50,130 nt of DNA from Alloascoidea hylecoeti (taxonomy: Eukaryota). The position numbers and the translations under genes were made by a program. The stretch spans positions 620,001 to 670,130 of the forward strand of contig BCKZ01000014.1 in the NCBI GenBank assembly GCA_001600815.1, read 5' to 3'. Positions 49,148-50,130 of the stretch are shown here, in pieces. The notes beneath the pieces were generated by a model. That model saw nothing but the letters and a program-made list of their open reading frames with translations. It ran no database searches and was not told the origin of the DNA. Position 1 is the first letter of the stretch, and each line of letters begins with the position of its first letter.

Positions 49148-49628
49148 TGTTGAAAATACTTCTTACATACTTCAATTTATTATTTAATATTTATAACTAT
49201 ATTTACATATCTTATATACATAAATATTAATATAAAAGGAGACTAAATCCACCTTGGATTTAGTTCTCCATCCTAATTTTATTATAACCATCAGTACTAT
49301 TACTAAGTGNAAAAGTAACAAAATTAATAGATTTCCAATCTTTACGTCTTGTCAACTTTCACCTACTACTAGTAAAACTTTCACAACACTTATTTTATCA
49401 CAAAACTTTTAAAACTTATTTACAAACTTTTATTAAACCGAAGCAATGACACANCATCGGTCACCTGATACTGGTCAAGGTCCTTCAATTGATTTAACAT
49501 TTGAAAATCAATTCTTCAGTCTCGACAGTCTCATCTCTACTGGTAACGATTATATGGATTTGCCTTTTCAGATCTACAAATCCTATAAGGAATCTTCAAT
49601 TGCTTCAACTAAATTTAAACACGGATAC
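49148..49628 (+). mobile_element. Ty1/copia element C: 5' LTR (49148-49329), PBS (49330-49343) and gag start (49446), interrupted by element D
   Basis: TGTTGAAA start exactly where element B pol breaks, TATAAAA plus hairpin, GATTTCCAATCTTT, then an ATG-initiated ORF cut by the next TGTTGAAA. Confidence 0.72.
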
Positions 49629-50130
49629 TGTTGAAACTATATTTAGAATTATATAATTATCTTATTTATATAGAATACATAGTAAAAAGAAATATAAAGA
49701 GAGAAGAAATCCTCCTCAGGATTTCTTTCTCTATCCTTTATCTTATTCATATTCTTAACTATTAAAAGTTAAAAGTTTTANAGATTTCCAATCTTTAGAC
49801 TCTTACTATTAATTGCTACACAAAAACTTACTTTTTACTTTAACTTAACAATTCAACCATGTCTTCTGACGTATCCCCTACATCAGATAGACAAATAAGA
49901 TCACTCACCTTCAACGATCTTACCGTTACTGGTGGTGATATGAACTTCGATTGCTTCAAAACTCAATTTGAATCAATCAAAAACGAAAAATTTGAAACAT
50001 TTGATCATGGCTATTACTTCCCTGTCGTTAATGCATGGATTATGAACATTTTTCAAAATATGTTCGTTGACTCATCATTTAATATTGAATTTATTGAAAC
50101 TATGTATCATGGAAACAAATTCCCGGTTAA
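49629..50130 (+). mobile_element. Ty1/copia element D: 5' LTR (49629-49782), PBS (49783-49796) and gag ORF from 49859 running off the window
   Basis: LTR homologous to 47088..47254. Open frame MSSDVSPTSDRQIRSLTFNDL..GDMNFDCFKTQFESIKNEKF..NAWIMNIF. Confidence 0.85.

Noticed and set aside
1..50130. CRISPR arrays, rRNA genes or prokaryotic systems
   Set aside because: Eukaryotic spliced genes throughout; no repeat-spacer array or rRNA-like sequence seen.

Overview
AT-rich fungal nuclear DNA, probably an intron-containing budding yeast (Saccharomycotina). Introns use GTAAGT/GTATGT donors and CTAAY-type branch sites, and CTG reads as Leu. The window holds about 15 apparently intact protein genes, several spliced and split in the ORF track: SHE10/OSW7-like, SAP190-family, FZO1, GAC1-like, NEDD8 protease, POP1, RMP1, UPF0658 membrane protein, ADF-H/2xSH3 Abp1-like, two tandem DUF676 lipases, two divergent cell-wall proteins, ANR2/DENND11-like, ECM13-like and an MCH transporter. 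An accessory patch at 16.3-19.4 kb contains a Crypton remnant and an F-box/WD40 pseudogene carrying a 53-bp micro-inversion. The right end has a decayed Tc1/mariner transposase and four nested Ty1/copia LTR retrotransposons. Most notable: two of these elements share a primer-binding site complementary to the anticodon arm of tRNA-Ser(IGA) in the Ty5/Tca2 half-tRNA register, with C opposite inosine-34, and all four LTRs keep a post-TATA hairpin. All family assignments are from motif recognition by eye, not database searches.
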